DNA of 63,621 nt, counting the filler, from Bipalium vagum (lineage: Eukaryota): NCBI GenBank assembly GCA_037834085.1. It is 3 parts of 3 records of this genome, joined end to end, with 100 filler letters (N's around TTAATTAATTAA, not from the genome) between each part and the next. Parts side by side here need not be neighbours in the genome. Positions count along the whole stretch, not along the records: positions 1 to 15,723 come from JBBMKC010149725.1; positions 15,824 to 46,938 come from JBBMKC010259935.1; 1 more part is not named here. One strand, 5' to 3'. Under the pieces are notes generated by a model. That model did no database searches. It worked only from the letters and a program-made list of their open reading frames with translations, and was not told the origin of the DNA. The translations under genes were made by a program, and so were the position numbers. This document shows positions 11,710 through 25,600 of this stretch, piece by piece; within the stretch, counting starts at the first letter, position 1, and every line of letters begins with the position of its first letter.

Positions 11710-14700
11710 CTGAGGACAAGAAATTAGGAACAAGAATTTGAATTTTTCATATTTGTTCAAAATTGAAAATAATTGATAAATTTTGTTGTGAAAATCATTC
11801 TTTATTGAACAAAAGTCAACAAATCTCAATTTTTTACATTCTCTTTTGAAAAAAAAAATGTTTGATGAGTTTAACATGTGAAAGTTTTTAGACAATTTAA
11901 CTTAATTAAAATAAAATAATCGTTCTTATTAAATATTATTGAAAGGTAATCGATATATTCAAATAATCAATCGATAAATAAATTTCATATATTTCCTGAG
12001 ATAATATGCAAATTGTAACACGCATTCCAGACAGTTTACTTTTTTATTAACTAAAAGAGCAAAATGGGTCAAGGTCATAAACCACTATGTGATTTTCCAA
12101 AGAGAAAGTCTAAATAGTGAAAATGCCGAAATTTGTGCCAATTTTTCATAAAAGATATTCCAGGCATTGGTCATCTACTAAAAAACAACGTGCTGTTAAA
12201 TTAAATGTCAAATAATGTCATTTTTAATAGTTTAATTCCAATCAGTTATTATGACGAAATTTTATTAAATATTCAAATATTTAGGTACAATTTTAAAGCT
12301 CACAATAATTTATTTACTTTGTAATGCAATTAATTTAATATGATTACTAATGATCCATTCTCAATACTTTTTAAAATTGAATATGGAAAAGAAAGATATT
12401 CAAATCATTTTTGTATGAGTTTTGGCATAAAAACAACAGAAAATCCTTACAAAACTAATGTATTAAGTTCTAGTTCTTTATTTGCATGTATGATGTGATG
12501 CTGATTTCAACACCTGTTTCAAATGGATGAAACACTTGAAGATGAAAAAACTAATAATCAATATGATAAGTAAAGTACAAGACATAGAAAAGATTCTCAA
12601 AACATTATAAATGAATTTTAAATTTTTGAAGAAACTTTTATTACCTTATAGAAATAAGCTTAAAGTAACTTATTAACATCTGCGAATTGCTATTGAAACG
12701 CAACAAAAATAGACTAAACCATTGATATTGATCAAAGAAAAATGGATATTGCACAGCTAATTCCATATCAGAAGATTATGGTGAAAGAAAAAGTAAAGTC
12801 TTAAAATCACCAAAAAAAATTATCATACCAATATATATTTTAGCAAATATATATACCTTGAAATTTTTAAAGATTAATTATGATGTATTTGGCAACAGTA
12901 ATACTAAACCATTTATCAATGGCCACGTAAAATATTATTGAAGCAAGATTTGGAATGGATTTTATCACATTCACCATATAACCCAAATATGGTGAATTAT
13001 CGAGATCTTATATTACAGCTGATTAGAAATGGAAATTTCAATGTACGAAAAAATGAGAATAAGAAACTATTATATTCCACCAAAAAAAAGTGGCTACGCA
13101 AAATGTCAGCCAAAGTAAACAACAAACTCAAACCAGCAATAATGATCCTTATTAATTGCCAATAATCTCCTCCACTAATTTTTTATAAATGTTAACGAAA
13201 TGTTTGAGATTTTGTCAGCGACCAATCAAATCGCTGCAATTTAATTTTAAAATTCTTAAATATTATTCCAAATATATTTATTGTTTAAAATATAAATAAG
13301 AGTCGTTTCTGATCAGAAAAGCTCTTTAATAGATAGAAAAATTGAAAATTAACTATATTTCTAACATTGAATTAACCAAAATTTCAAATGTTAGATTTAA
13401 AAATCGCATTTTAAAATCATTCTCATTTAACTGGAATATGTATTGTAACTTATTATATACATATGTATTTTAATTATCACATTTCAGTTTGACTAGAATA
13501 CTTATAAAACCAATGAAAACAATTACCTGTCGTTCACTATGAGGCGTTTGACCATCCAGCCGACAATATTCATGACCTCTCCATCGACAATAGTCTTCAA
13601 GAATGTCCAACATTCGTGTCATCTGAGTGAAAACCAAGATTCTCGATCCTTCGTCTTTCAATCTTTTCAACAATTTGTCCAGTAAAACCATTTTCCCACA
13701 ATTCTCCACCAAGTGATAATCGGTCGTATAGGGCGGCCCAGATTCCACTCCATCAAATAAGTATGGATGATTGGTACACTTTCTTAATTGCATTAAAATG
13801 TTCTGGAGTTTCGATTTTTCAGCCTTGGTCGCAATTGAATTAATTGTGTCAATGTCTTTCATCAAAATCTTTGTGTACAAATCCCGTTGAATGGCACTGA
13901 GTCCAATATAAACCTTGATTTCCTTTTTTGGCGGCAACTTTTTCTCCACATCGATTTTCATTCGACGTAAAAGAAACGGTTTTAAAATAGAATGTAGTCG
14001 CTGTACTAGGTTCTTTTCTTCCATAGTATCAATATTGAAAAGTTCATCAAAATTATCTGAAGATGAAAACATCTGGGGCATCAAAAAGTTCAGTAAGGCC
14101 CACAATTCGTGAAGATTGTTTTGTAACGGAGTTCCGGTTATCAATAATCGATTTTCACTGCTGAACTGGCGAACGATCTCAGACAATTTACTGTTCTCGT
14201 TTTTAATACGATGTGCTTCATCTATAACCAAATAAATGTAATTGTATTTATTGATTGCCGACTTTTCTTTGATGCACATTTCATAAGTGGTTACCAATAC
14301 ATCCCAATTGCGATTTTGAAGTTTGTTTCGGATTATGTCTGATCGCGTTTCTTGATCTCCAATCAAGCTTACCACTTTTAACGAAGGTGCCCATCGAATA
14401 AACTCATTGATCCAATTTTGAAGAGTTGATTTTGGTACAACCACTAATGAATGACCATTTTTCTCAGTATAGTGTTTCAGATATCCTATCATTGAAATGG
14501 TTTGAAGGGTTTTACCAAGACCCATTTCATCGGCTAAAATTCCATTGGTATTCGAAAAATATAACTGAATCATCCAGTTCAAACCACGAATCTGATAATC
14601 TCTCATCTCACCACCAGTAATATCTAAGAAAAACATTCTTTGAAAAGCCTAAATTTCATTTCCGTAACTTACAATGAGGAGTCATTTCAAATCTGAAAAA

Positions 14701-14977
14701 CTTTTCTTCATCTTGTGTATCCTTTAATAATTCTTTATCCTCTTCTTCTTCAGTTTTCCGGTGTCGATGACTTTAGATAAAATTAGCTAAATATTATGAA
14801 AAAATATCATTACTCGTCAAAGAGGCCATTTTGCAATTCTTTTTTTTCTATATTAAATTGTTCTAATTTCGCTAATATTTCCACAGCTTTAATTGGCTAA
14901 TTAGTTTATATAAAAAATTAAGAGACAATTGTGAATATTACCGAATTAGGTTGGCACATTTTACTAGTGCATTCCAT
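9991..14977 (-). CDS. ISWI: ISWI/SMARCA5-family SNF2 chromatin-remodelling ATPase; complement(join(9991..11709,13527..14623,14673..14770,14814..14896,14942..14977)), 3033 nt, about 1010 aa
   Basis: GT-AG introns of 1817, 49, 43 and 45 bp with matching phases. Auto[17 protein letters not shown], Walker [15 protein letters not shown] box [10 protein letters not shown], motif [26 protein letters not shown] ([13 protein letters not shown]...[21 protein letters not shown]). The start ATG at 14977 is tentative because a splice acceptor lies at 14983-14984. Confidence 0.95.
12383..13000 (+). mobile_element. mariner remnant inside the large ISWI intron
   Basis: [14 protein letters not shown]-terminus; [14 protein letters not shown] (HPPYSPDL-like). 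Confidence 0.65.
13527..14623 (-). CDS. ISWI: ISWI exon (SNF2_N ATPase lobe)
   Basis: Runs from [11 protein letters not shown] to [12 protein letters not shown]; donor CAG|GTAATT at 13526; acceptor ttcttag at 14624. Confidence 0.95.
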
Positions 14978-15723
14978 AGAAGCTAAAAAATTATAATATT
15001 AGTTAATAAAATATTATTTATATAATATTATGGAAATAAAATTATTTATTTAATCAAAGAACATTTCATAATGAGTTGTATTTAAAACAAAAGAATTTTA
15101 AATTTAATACTGATGAGGTAATTACTATATAACAAAGCATATAATTCTGATTTCATGATGATTTCTAATTATTATAAAATTTATTTATTTATAAATATTT
15201 CTCAGTAAAAATAACAATATCATAAAAAATTAAGTATTCAAATTTAAATAAGATCACAATGATTAGTAATTAACAAATTAATTCAATTTTAAACTTTAAA
15301 AAGTTATTTTTATCTGAATTACCTAAAAATCATATCTTAACCATTGCGTAAGATTAAATTTAACTAAGGTTTTCAGTTACTATTTTAAATAAGGATTTAA
15401 CTATATTTTTTGGTAACTTGAAAATTATTAAAATAACTATTAAAATAATATAAATAAAAATGTATAGGAGAATATAAGAAGGTTATAGAAATATCCCAAA
15501 ATGGGAAAAATATCCCAAAATAGGAAAAATATATAAATAAAAACAATTAGAAGATATAATATAAATATATAATATATAATATAATAGAAATGATCGAAAA
15601 TGATTATGACGTTGACCGTATCATGGATAAAATTGTCAGTCTCTTACCTTCTCGACCTTCTGTTTCACGTCATAAACCATATCTTGGGTCAAACATGTTT
15701 AAAGAGAAATCGAATAAATTTGC

Positions 15724-15823
15724 NNNNNNNNNNNNNNNNNNNNNNNNNNNNNNNNNNNNNNNNNNNNTTAATTAATTAANNNNNNNNNNNNNNNNNNNNN
15801 NNNNNNNNNNNNNNNNNNNNNNN
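15724..15823. other. Assembly gap linker N44-TTAATTAATTAA-N44
   Basis: Exactly 100 bp; the palindromic 12-mer at 15768-15779 has stops in all six frames; identical structure at 46939. Confidence 0.97.
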
Positions 15824-15949
15824 AGCTTAAAGATCCATGCAGATCTACTGTATCCTGAAGAAAAAACTCAAAATTATTTTTATTAAATAAATGTTAATAA
15901 TAATTCATATAATAATAATTCATGTTTGTTAAGAGAGCGTCATGCGCAC

Positions 15950-16300
15950 AATTATAGATCAACAGAAAACAAAGAATATAACTGGAGCTATTAATTCTCT
16001 CTGAATACCTTCAAATTATCAGTTAAAATCTTACAACAAAGGGGTCCACTATCTGTAAAAACGAATATTGGTTGTATTATGAATATTGATTTGAAACACT
16101 GTTTGAAAAGTAAAAGTAACTTTAATACCGCCTACTTATTTAAACCAGACTAAAACAAATAAAGTTTTGAGGCGGGAATTGAATTTGCTAACTGAGAATG
16201 AACTTAATTGACAGTAACAGAATTGTGTTGACGTTTTGTAATTGACCATATTTGAAGACACGGTCTATGTAAAACATTTCCCATCTGCAAATTAAATTAA
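15950..16300 (-). mobile_element. Gypsy-like integrase remnant
   Basis: RWEMFYID (W.xIHID-like) and VFTDSGP (TDNGP-like) in the expected order, with stops. Confidence 0.45.
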
Positions 16301-16465
16301 TTAATCTAATTGGCTTTTAATTAAATTTCAAAAGGTTTAATAAATTGCAAACAAGGTCTTTCTCAATGAGTAAATCTCCTACTATCAGGAAAAGGTTAAT
16401 AGAATTTTACTAATATGTTGTACGCATCGATCTCTTTTTTATTTTCAAAATAACTTTTAGCTTTA

Positions 16466-17736
16466 TACGTGGGCGATTCAAAAAATAAAGTTGCAAGCTT
16501 TATATTATTTTATTTTCAAAGATTATAAACTTCTACAGACAATTATTTTTCAACATCACCACTTTTTTCGATGCACTTCGTCCATCTGTCAACTAACTTC
16601 TGCATTCCTTTAGCAAAGAAGTTTTTATCTTTTGCTTTCAAGAAATCTTGCACAGTTTTTTTCACTTCACCATCTTCTGTGGAAATGTTTTTCCTCGTAA
16701 TTCCTCTTTCATGGGTACAAATAGGTAATAGTCATATGGTGACAAATTTGGGCTATATGGAGGATGTTCCAATAATTCAAAATTTAAATTTCTCAGAGTC
16801 TGCATTGTCATGCAGAATAATTATACCTACAGAGATCATTTCTCGCCGTTTGAACCTTATTGCTGGGTTTAGTTTATCCAGCAGGAATTTCACAAAATCT
16901 TTCACTATTCATAGTTTCACCGACTTGTTTAAAGTGAGTCAATAATGGACCATCAGAATCCCAAGACAATCAACATTAATTTACCATCACTCTGCTGTGT
17001 TTTGCATTTTTTAGTTTTTTGTGAGCTTGGGTGTTTCCATTCCATCGATTGCCCTTTACTTTCAGGTTTATAATGGTGTACCCATGTTTTGTCACCAGTG
17101 ATTATTCTCATTAGAAATGTTTCATCATTCTTGTGTCGTTCCAAATGTTGCATACAGAGTCGTTTGTGGTTTAGTTTTTGATCTTCAGACAATTGTTTCG
17201 GTACCCGTCTGGTACAAACTCTATTGTATTTCAGCAACGTTGTGAATCATTGAATAGGCTAATCGATAACTGACACCAAGTTCAGAAAAATTTCATCAAC
17301 TTAAGTCGTCTGTTTTTTCTGATCATGTCTTCAACTCGTTCAATGTTATCAATTGTTTTCTATGTTTCAGGTCTTCCGGACCGATCTTCATCATTTAGGC
17401 TTGTTCGTGCATTTATGAATTTGTTAAACCCACTTATTTATGTTTTGTCGGTTAAAAAATTTACTCCATATTGGGCAATCATTCTTCTATGAATAGCAGC
17501 TGAAGAAACACTTTCTGCATGCAAAAAACGAATAACAGCCCGTTATTCTTCTTTGGTGCAATTTTTAACATGCTCCATGTATGTTTTAATCTAAAATTGA
17601 TATAAAAATATTCATTTAATCAATATTTCTACGATCAATATTTCGTATTTTATTGTAGCAAACAAGTTAAAACGTATTATAGTTTTACTGCTTGTCTATG
17701 AAAAAAAAAATTAAAACTTTTTGATTCATCCACGTA
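16466..17736 (-). mobile_element. Full-length defective mariner (irritans/mellifera-like), about 1.27 kb, both TIRs present
   Basis: TIRs TACGTGGGCGATTCAAAAA and revcomp TACGTGGATGAATCAAAAA with TA ends; RAVIRFLHAE, RRVPKQLS, IITGDKTWVHHYKPESKGQSMEWKHP, LHDNA. Confidence 0.9.
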
Positions 17737-17899
17737 TCTTTTACGTATTTTTTTATTTTTAAATTTATGGAATGTTCAAAATATAATTTTTCGAATAGTT
17801 TACACCCTTGAGATGTAAACAGAAATAAGTGAAGATAACTAGAATTAGATGGATAGTCTAGGTTTTTAACTAATAGTATCTCATTAAATAGTTTTGTTG

Positions 17900-18360
17900 T
17901 GAGCTATGTTTATTAAGCTGGGAAAATGTAGGTTGAGTAGAATCATTGTCAAAACTTCCCCAATATATTAGAATTTTCTGTCATCGAAATGGCATTTACA
18001 GTTCGGAAAAATTGAAAATATTCAAACTGCCAAATGCACAATTTGCTTTTCCGATTGATCACTGACGATGAATCGTCAATTTACCTATTCAAAGTTCAAG
18101 TTCCAAATTACTTGTGCATGGTAATGGTTTAGATTCCCATAAAGCTTGCAAGTTTCTGTCGTCTAACTCTGAGGGTCTACCGAAACGAGGCTGATCTTTA
18201 AGACTCAAGTCATCGGAATAAAATAACTTGTACCACCTTGTAAGTTACAATTTCTTCTTCCACATCACAAAATGGTTCTGCACCATCTCTTGTGGAATAT
18301 ACTCGCTTCCAACAATAAGGAATTAAAACTCGAAGTTCAAATTTAATGACACTCATTAAT
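17900..18360 (-). mobile_element. mariner 5' remnant
   Basis: ELRVLIPYCWKR and DLSLKDQPRFGRP (LEDxxRSGRP). Confidence 0.65.
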
Positions 18361-18574
18361 GAGGTATAACGTTGAGATTTGTTATAATCCTTTTTAATAA
18401 AAGTATAATTTCTTGTTTTTTTATTGATAGTCAATTGGCGATGTAAGCCTATGATATTTTATAATCCTATTTCACAAGGAAATAAAATTTTTATTTAATT
18501 GTCACAGTACCTTTTGAACAAGTTAATAAATAACTTCTTTTCTTATGTGGCATTTTTTAAAACCATATTATTAT

Positions 18575-19260
18575 AAAATCGTTCGCCAGGCTTCACCCAA
18601 GATGCTTTGATTTTTGGATTGTCGAATCCATGTCTCGTCTGCTATCACAATCCTATACAAGAAACTTTTTCTTTGTTGCCTCTGAAGATGGATATCACAA
18701 ATTGTAAGTTGCCTTTCAATATCTCTTTCGGTCAATCTATCTGGGACCCATTTCCCTAATTTTCCTATCATTTTCATACTTCTCAGACGCTGGGAAATAT
18801 ATTCTTGGCTGACATTTAACACAATGGACAGCTCAGTTTGTTTTTAACATGGGTCTTCGTGTAGTAATTGTGTCAATTCTTCATCTTCAAACACTTTTTG
18901 TGGTCTACCATGCTCTTGGTCCATGATGTCGTAATTTTCATTCCTGAATCTGCAAAATCATTCTTTGCATGTCGTAGCGGAAGAAGCATATTTGTCGTAA
19001 ACTTCTACCAACAAGCTGTGTGTTTCAGCACAGGTTTTCATTTTCAAAAAAGTAATGCAACATCACTTTCCGCAGATGAAGTTTATAGGAAACAAAATTG
19101 GCCATTTTGAATTTCTGTATTATTTAAACAATATCTATTTAAATAAACTTATTGAATTTTTTTATTGAATTATTAATATATGATACCAATTTAATTTATT
19201 CATTAAACCACAAATTTAAACTCATTTTGTAAGAGCCGGAACCATACTAATACACCGTAT
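18575..19260 (-). mobile_element. mauritiana-subfamily (Mos1-like) mariner, 3'-truncated
   Basis: ATG at 19105 gives MANFVSYKLHLR; DQEHGRPQKVFEDEEL; KLGKWVPDRL; RKSFLYRIVIADETWI; Mos1-like TIR (tatacggtgtattagtatgg) at about 19240-19260. Confidence 0.88.
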
Positions 19261-19673
19261 ATTTATTATGAAATCGTATAATATTATTTTTTCAATATTT
19301 TTAGTAATAAGATGAATTCTGATTTTCCAGCACTGAAAACAAAGATTTTCACCACCACCGATATTTAATAAAAATTTATTGAAAAATAAATTAAGCCGAC
19401 ACTGAAAGGAATATTTACGATTTGAAATTTAAATTTTTTAATGACCACATAAAATTTTATACATTAAATGTTACCATTGGGAATTGGATAAATTATATAA
19501 TTAATTAAAACTGTTTTAGCGAGTACTGGAATAAATTAGGACAATCATAAATTAAGAATGACAGTTTCAAACACTGTGTCACACATAATTAAACCCACAG
19601 TGATTTTTGAAACTGTTATTATTTTAATGATTTTTTGTTTGAATTGAACAATAGACCTTTGTCATTTTTCTGA

Positions 19674-22600
19674 ATGGTTGGAAAATCGAGAGTCTGTCCT
19701 GCTCAACGTTCTGGTATAAACAAACCGAGAAGTGTCGAATTCAGAGTCAAGATATATCGTGGACAATAAAATGGAGTAAAATCATCTTCCTTATCTTTTC
19801 ATTATTACTGCTCAAAAATCGAAAGGCTATTACTGAATCTAAAGATCCCCTATCTTTTTAATATCCAAAATTAAAATTGATACTTTTACTTGAAGAAGTA
19901 TTGTTACAACTTTTGTTTGAGCCATGCGGTTGTTACTTAAATAATCAATCAATTTGAGGTAGCTGCAGAGAATCCTGATCTGCGTAGATTTTTTGGACTC
20001 AAATAAATACGTCTTGATCAGTTCTATAATTACAAAACTGATCCATATCTGATTCTACAGCATAATCCACCAATATCTTATCACTACATAATGGCAACAG
20101 AAACTTCAAGTCTGACCATCAATCTTGAACGGGCGTTGATCGAGGACAAAATACGGCGTTCGACTGACGACTTTTTACTCATTTCCTAGAAAAATCGACG
20201 TTGAAATTAGAGAGAAAAGAATATATTTGCTAAGATGATATTTTTATACTCCCTCCGCATCAATAATAAATCCGTTGGTGTTTTGTTTAGTTTCACCAAG
20301 AATTTCAAGATAACACGCTGTTCAATTTTAGAACTCAGCATTCTAAAATAAATTCATAGATTTTCAAAAAAATACAAAATATTTTAAAGAATTTAATTCA
20401 AATAAACAAAATAAAATATTTTACCGTTTTTTATAAATAAATATTATAAATGATTATTGTATATTAATGTTCTTTTTTGATCCAGTCTCGTTACTTTATA
20501 GACAGACCATTTATACAACGATTTCCCGTTTAAAATTGGTTCATAATAACCAACATAAAGTATAAAATTACTCTAATTAATTAGTGACGTTATTTATTTG
20601 TTTTACTGGTTCTTTTTGCTCATCAGATAACTCTAATCAAAAGTAGACGTTCTCTGTTGGAACAGCAATCGCTTAAAATTTTTTTGATTAAACCCATTCC
20701 TTAGAATTAATATACTTGTCTCTCTTTTCTGAAGCTGAATTGAATTTCAGTTGCATAAATTGTTGTTCGTAGCTATCGTTGAAGAATTATATTTTTTTAT
20801 TTGGAGTCCCTGATTGCCTTGGAACCCACTTTAGTGAGCCTCTGGCTCCGAGATAATAGTTGAAAAGGCTGCGTAAGCGATAGTTGGAGTGACCATAGTA
20901 TATTTCAAGCTTTAGTTCAAGTCTATTTGAGATTCTCACTGGAATGAGCTCATATGATCTCATTCATACGTACCTGTTTTTATCTCGTCCCAATTAATTA
21001 AATATTTTTAAAATTTATGACTTGTGGGAGTTTAAATTAAAACCCAGAATTTTATTTTGCGATATTTTTCCTTTTTAATATTTTTTTCATTTTCACTATT
21101 ATGGCTCTGCATTAATACTAATGGATTAAATTTTTTCACTTTAAATTTTATTAATTGGAATATATAAAAATATTAATGTTACCCACTAAGAATAATAATG
21201 TTAATTAGTACTTTATTGAACTGTTAGGTAACCAAAAATGCTTGTGCGTTTTTATGAAAAATATAAATTTTACTGAAGAAAATAGTAACACCTTTATTCA
21301 TCGAAATAGTCACCTTCATACCTAATGATCTTTTACCAATGCGATACCAATTTTTATATGAGTTTTCTGTGAAAATCCACGGATTTTGAATTAAAAACTT
21401 GATTGACGGCATTTATTATCTGAAGTCAAGTTTCGAACTGATTATACCATAAAAGTTGTCAAGGTTGTAATCACTTGACAAATGTCAGAAGAATATTGGG
21501 GGTTCGTCAATAATTCCCAACCAAGTTCAGAAATTTTTCAGGGGTTAATTTTGCGTAATGTAATTTTGACAAGCTAAAGCGATTGATTGATGAGAACCCG
21601 AAACAAAGTACTAAAACATGGTTACAATTTTCGATAGTCATTCAGAGTCAATAAAAATAGGAACATAAATTTTTGAAATCACATAGAGCCGGAATATAGA
21701 AACCAAATACTTTATCGGACGAACAAAAATCTATGCGGGTTACATTATGTAATGCAAACCTTATATTACATGATTGAGATCCATTTTAGAAAGGATTGTG
21801 GCATCTGATGAAAAGTGGGTTGAATACACCAACCCTGATCATCGAAAGGAATGATTTTCGGCACGACATCCACTTCCAACCTCAAAACCAGGACAAAAAT
21901 ATTCTATTATCTGTTTTATGGGATTGCTTATGAGTCATTTATTGGGAGCTCTAGAAAAAAGGCGTTACTATTGACTCTGAACGTGAATGCCAATAATTAG
22001 AGAGTTTACGTTGCGCTTTTTAAACAATAAGATTCAGGATGGTTAGCATAAAAGGGGTTATTCTTCAGCATGATAATGCCAAATCTAATACATAAAAAAT
22101 GACAAGTAAAAGGAATTAAGATTTTGATAAAAAAATTACAGAATTTTATTCCCATGGCATTTATTCTTTGGGATATAGATGGTAGTGAGTAGATGACACT
22201 GGTGGATAATCAGATAATGTCAGTAATAAATTCTTTTTTGAAGTTTTGATGATAAGGGTCTCATGATTAAATTGGGTTCCTAATATAACTGTTTAATAAC
22301 AGAGACGAAATAAGAAAGGTATACCAAAAGAATTTTTCACATACCTTGTCTTTAGTAATTGTCGTTTAAAATAAATTACACTAAAAAATCAAATTTGTTT
22401 TTTGCTTTGTATTTTATATTTTTTATTTTAGAAAAGAGAAAGCAGCAAGCTCAGGTTGAGGAAAATTCCAGACTTCTAAATTTATTAGCATCTGAAAAGG
22501 CTGCGCAAGCTGCAAAGGAAAGAAAATTGAAGGAAATCAGAAAAAAGGCTATTGAAAACAAGAAGAGAAACGAAGAAAAGCACAAACTTGTTGAAGAAAG

Positions 22601-25600
22601 AAGACTTCGGATGTTAGCTGATCAAGAGGTGATTTTTTAATCATTTCTATGTGCAATGAAATAAAAAACACAATTGATATTTTAGGCAAAAAAGAAAAAA
22701 CTTTTGAACAAAATGAATAATACAAATGCAATGGCTGGAAGTTATGTCGGTGCCATCAAAATCAATAACAAAAATAAAATAATGACAAGCAGCGGCTTTA
22801 TAGATAAAAGACCCCTGTCTTCTACTGGGAAAATATTTGGATTTGGATCAAGTGCTCCAAGAGACGTTTGTGAAAAATTGAACTTATGCAAATCAAAAGA
22901 TAAAGATTTATGCGGGGTTGGAGTCCGCAAACCAGAAACCCCGATTTCCAGAATGTTCGCTAGCCAAATCGTTACCAGAACGAGCTATGAAGGAGAAACG
23001 AAAATGGCAAAACCGATTAAAAGTAAATTTGACAATATTTCTTTTAATCTTTTATAATTGTAGTTATGATCACTAGTTTTACATAATTAAGCTGTAGAAA
23101 ACAGTATATTTCTGCTGTGGTCGATAAGCTCGGTTTAATGAATTCATAATGAATCACAATTACGTTTGACCACCAAAAACTTGCCAGCAGCTTCTTTTGT
23201 TGAATAATACTCTTTGAGCCTGTTTCCGTAGTTTATCTTTATCAAAACAAAAAACACAGTGATTTATTTTAAATCAAAGATATGGTTGTACTGAACGTTT
23301 CACATTATCATATCAGATTCATTTCTCATCACAAATGAATAATTCAGTTCAAAAATAAATCAGATTTGTGACGAGAAGGCAATTCAAGCATGCTTGCAAA
23401 CGCTTTTGTTTCTATTTTTTTAGGGAGCTCACGTGAATCATATTTATCAAACTTGTTTTTCCTTTTCCTATTTGTCATAAATGATTTAACATTGTTTGTT
23501 TGCTGACTAAAAATTTCACCGACAATCAATAGGCACTCTGACATGGATTATCCTCAGTGGTGATCTATAATTGGTCATTAAGAATCTTTGATTCCTGAGG
23601 ACCACGTGGCTCATTTCTGCGATCAAAATTACCTGTAGGTAATTTGACTAATATAATCAATATGATCTTTTCTGCTATGTAATAACACTACAACTAAATA
23701 CACTATTGTTTCGGGAGATGTGCGATGACGTTGTGCCATGTAAAAACTTATTCTTCATATTAATGCGCATTTCATATTTATAGATTTTAAATAAAAATGA
23801 TTAATTAAAAATATTGATTAATATTTTTTCGGTTTACAAAGATTACTTTAAACAGGAGAAATATGTAATTTACCAACACAAAAAACTGAATGACAAAAAT
23901 ATTAAATCAATGTCAAATAATCAGCTATTAAAGTTATAATATTATTAACTGCAATTTACATCCTTCACAACACAATAATATTTAAAATTAATAATTTCTT
24001 AATTGTACCTAAATTTTATTAAAAATTAGTTTTATTATAATTTAAATTGATTTTTAAATAGAAAATTGTCCATGGTCTCAATAAACTTTAATTATTACAA
24101 GAAAATTATTTCAGGTTGGCGGTTTAATAACAGAAACACAAAGTTGTTGTTTTTGATATAATTGATTTTTTGAAAAATTTTGAGTCATTAAAAATAATAC
24201 TAATAAAAAAAATATTTATAAAAATATTAATGATAATATAAATAAAAATATTAATGATAATATCAATGATAATATTAATGATAATATTAATAAAAATATA
24301 AATCAAAATATAAATTATAATAAAAAAATAAAAGTATTAATGATAATATTAATAAAAAAACAATAATAACATTTAAATAAGCAGTAATATCATTTTATAA
24401 CAACTAATTTTCAATTCTGACTTTCAAATTTAAACCTTCGCCTTGAAAACAATGTTTACAACATTAATTAAAATAATAACAACCAACAATCTTTAATTTT
24501 TGAATGTGTTTAAATGAAAAATTAATTTTTTAAATTTATATTTTCAGGAAAATATATTTTTTAAAAATATATTATTTTATGAAAATAAAATAAACCGCAC
24601 AGTCAATTTAATAATGATATCAATGTAGCAGAAATGAAAGGTTTTTATTATTTTATAATGAGGGTACAAAAGGGAACTTCACTTTTGTTACAATGAATAA
24701 ATAGTAATTAAAAATAATAAGAAATTTGTTTTTATAATCAATATGTTCCCTAGATCTGCTTTGACTGTTCTCTCGTATAATAAATTATTCCTTCATAATC
24801 TCAAGGCAAATCAATCTAAAAATAAAATCCTACATGGAACTTTTCCAAATCAATATTGCCGGATAATTATATTATATTTTTTTATTTAGGAAATATTTAT
24901 TTCAATTAAAAGCCAGTCCGGTTTAATTTATATATTTTCGACTTTTCTCTCTAACAGCGATGCAGAGGGCACAGACTCCATTTGGCAGTCTTTGTCATTA
25001 GGGCAACATATATGGATAATAAAATGACAATTATCTTTTGATTCAGCTCTACGGTCATAATCAGGAAATCTTAAGATAAAGACAATTCACGGTTGACTCC
25101 TGTTGTTTCTCAAAAACACGTACTCTCTTTATACAATGATTTTTCAGTGGACCATATAAAATATTTCTCTTTTGAATATTTTGGTCTTTGTGCTTCCTTC
25201 CAATCTGTCCATGGTCATCTGATCTCAAGAATGTCAGTGGTAGAACACAATTCAGCTATTTCGAATCCCTTGTAAAATGGTCATTCATGTTATAATGAAT
25301 ACTACAATTACAGGGTGCATCGTATAATCGCGGACTATTTTGAATCAGTCAACCTAATCAAACAGAAAAACAGCTCTGCATATTTGTTGATATTTTTGTG
25401 TTGATTGGAATTTGATAAATAATTGATTAAAAATTTTTTTATAGATTTCATATTTTAGATGAACATAAACGACAAAAGGCAAGTGTTAGTTGTTTTACTC
25501 CAAGCCAAAAAATCTGTAAATGAGATTATGGATATATTAAAAGTCATGTGTTTCGGACACTCGACTGCCCAGGATGTCCCACACATGTATTATTGGGTTC

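Noticed and set aside
10229-14620. Plus-strand ORFs overlapping ISWI exons (10229, 10582, 10721, 13915, 14426)
   Set aside because: Antisense shadows of a coding exon with no recognisable motifs.
15768-15779. TTAATTAATTAA palindrome as a regulatory site
   Set aside because: Embedded symmetrically in Ns twice; a synthetic linker.
19473-19477. Minus-strand ATG|GTAACA as a start-only first exon of ISWI
   Set aside because: A phase-0 join to the 14982 acceptor is out of frame and hits a stop; it also lies across the assembly gap.
24116-24152. Possible extra MAP7 exon after tttcag
   Set aside because: Weak donor, and its phase breaks the downstream frame.
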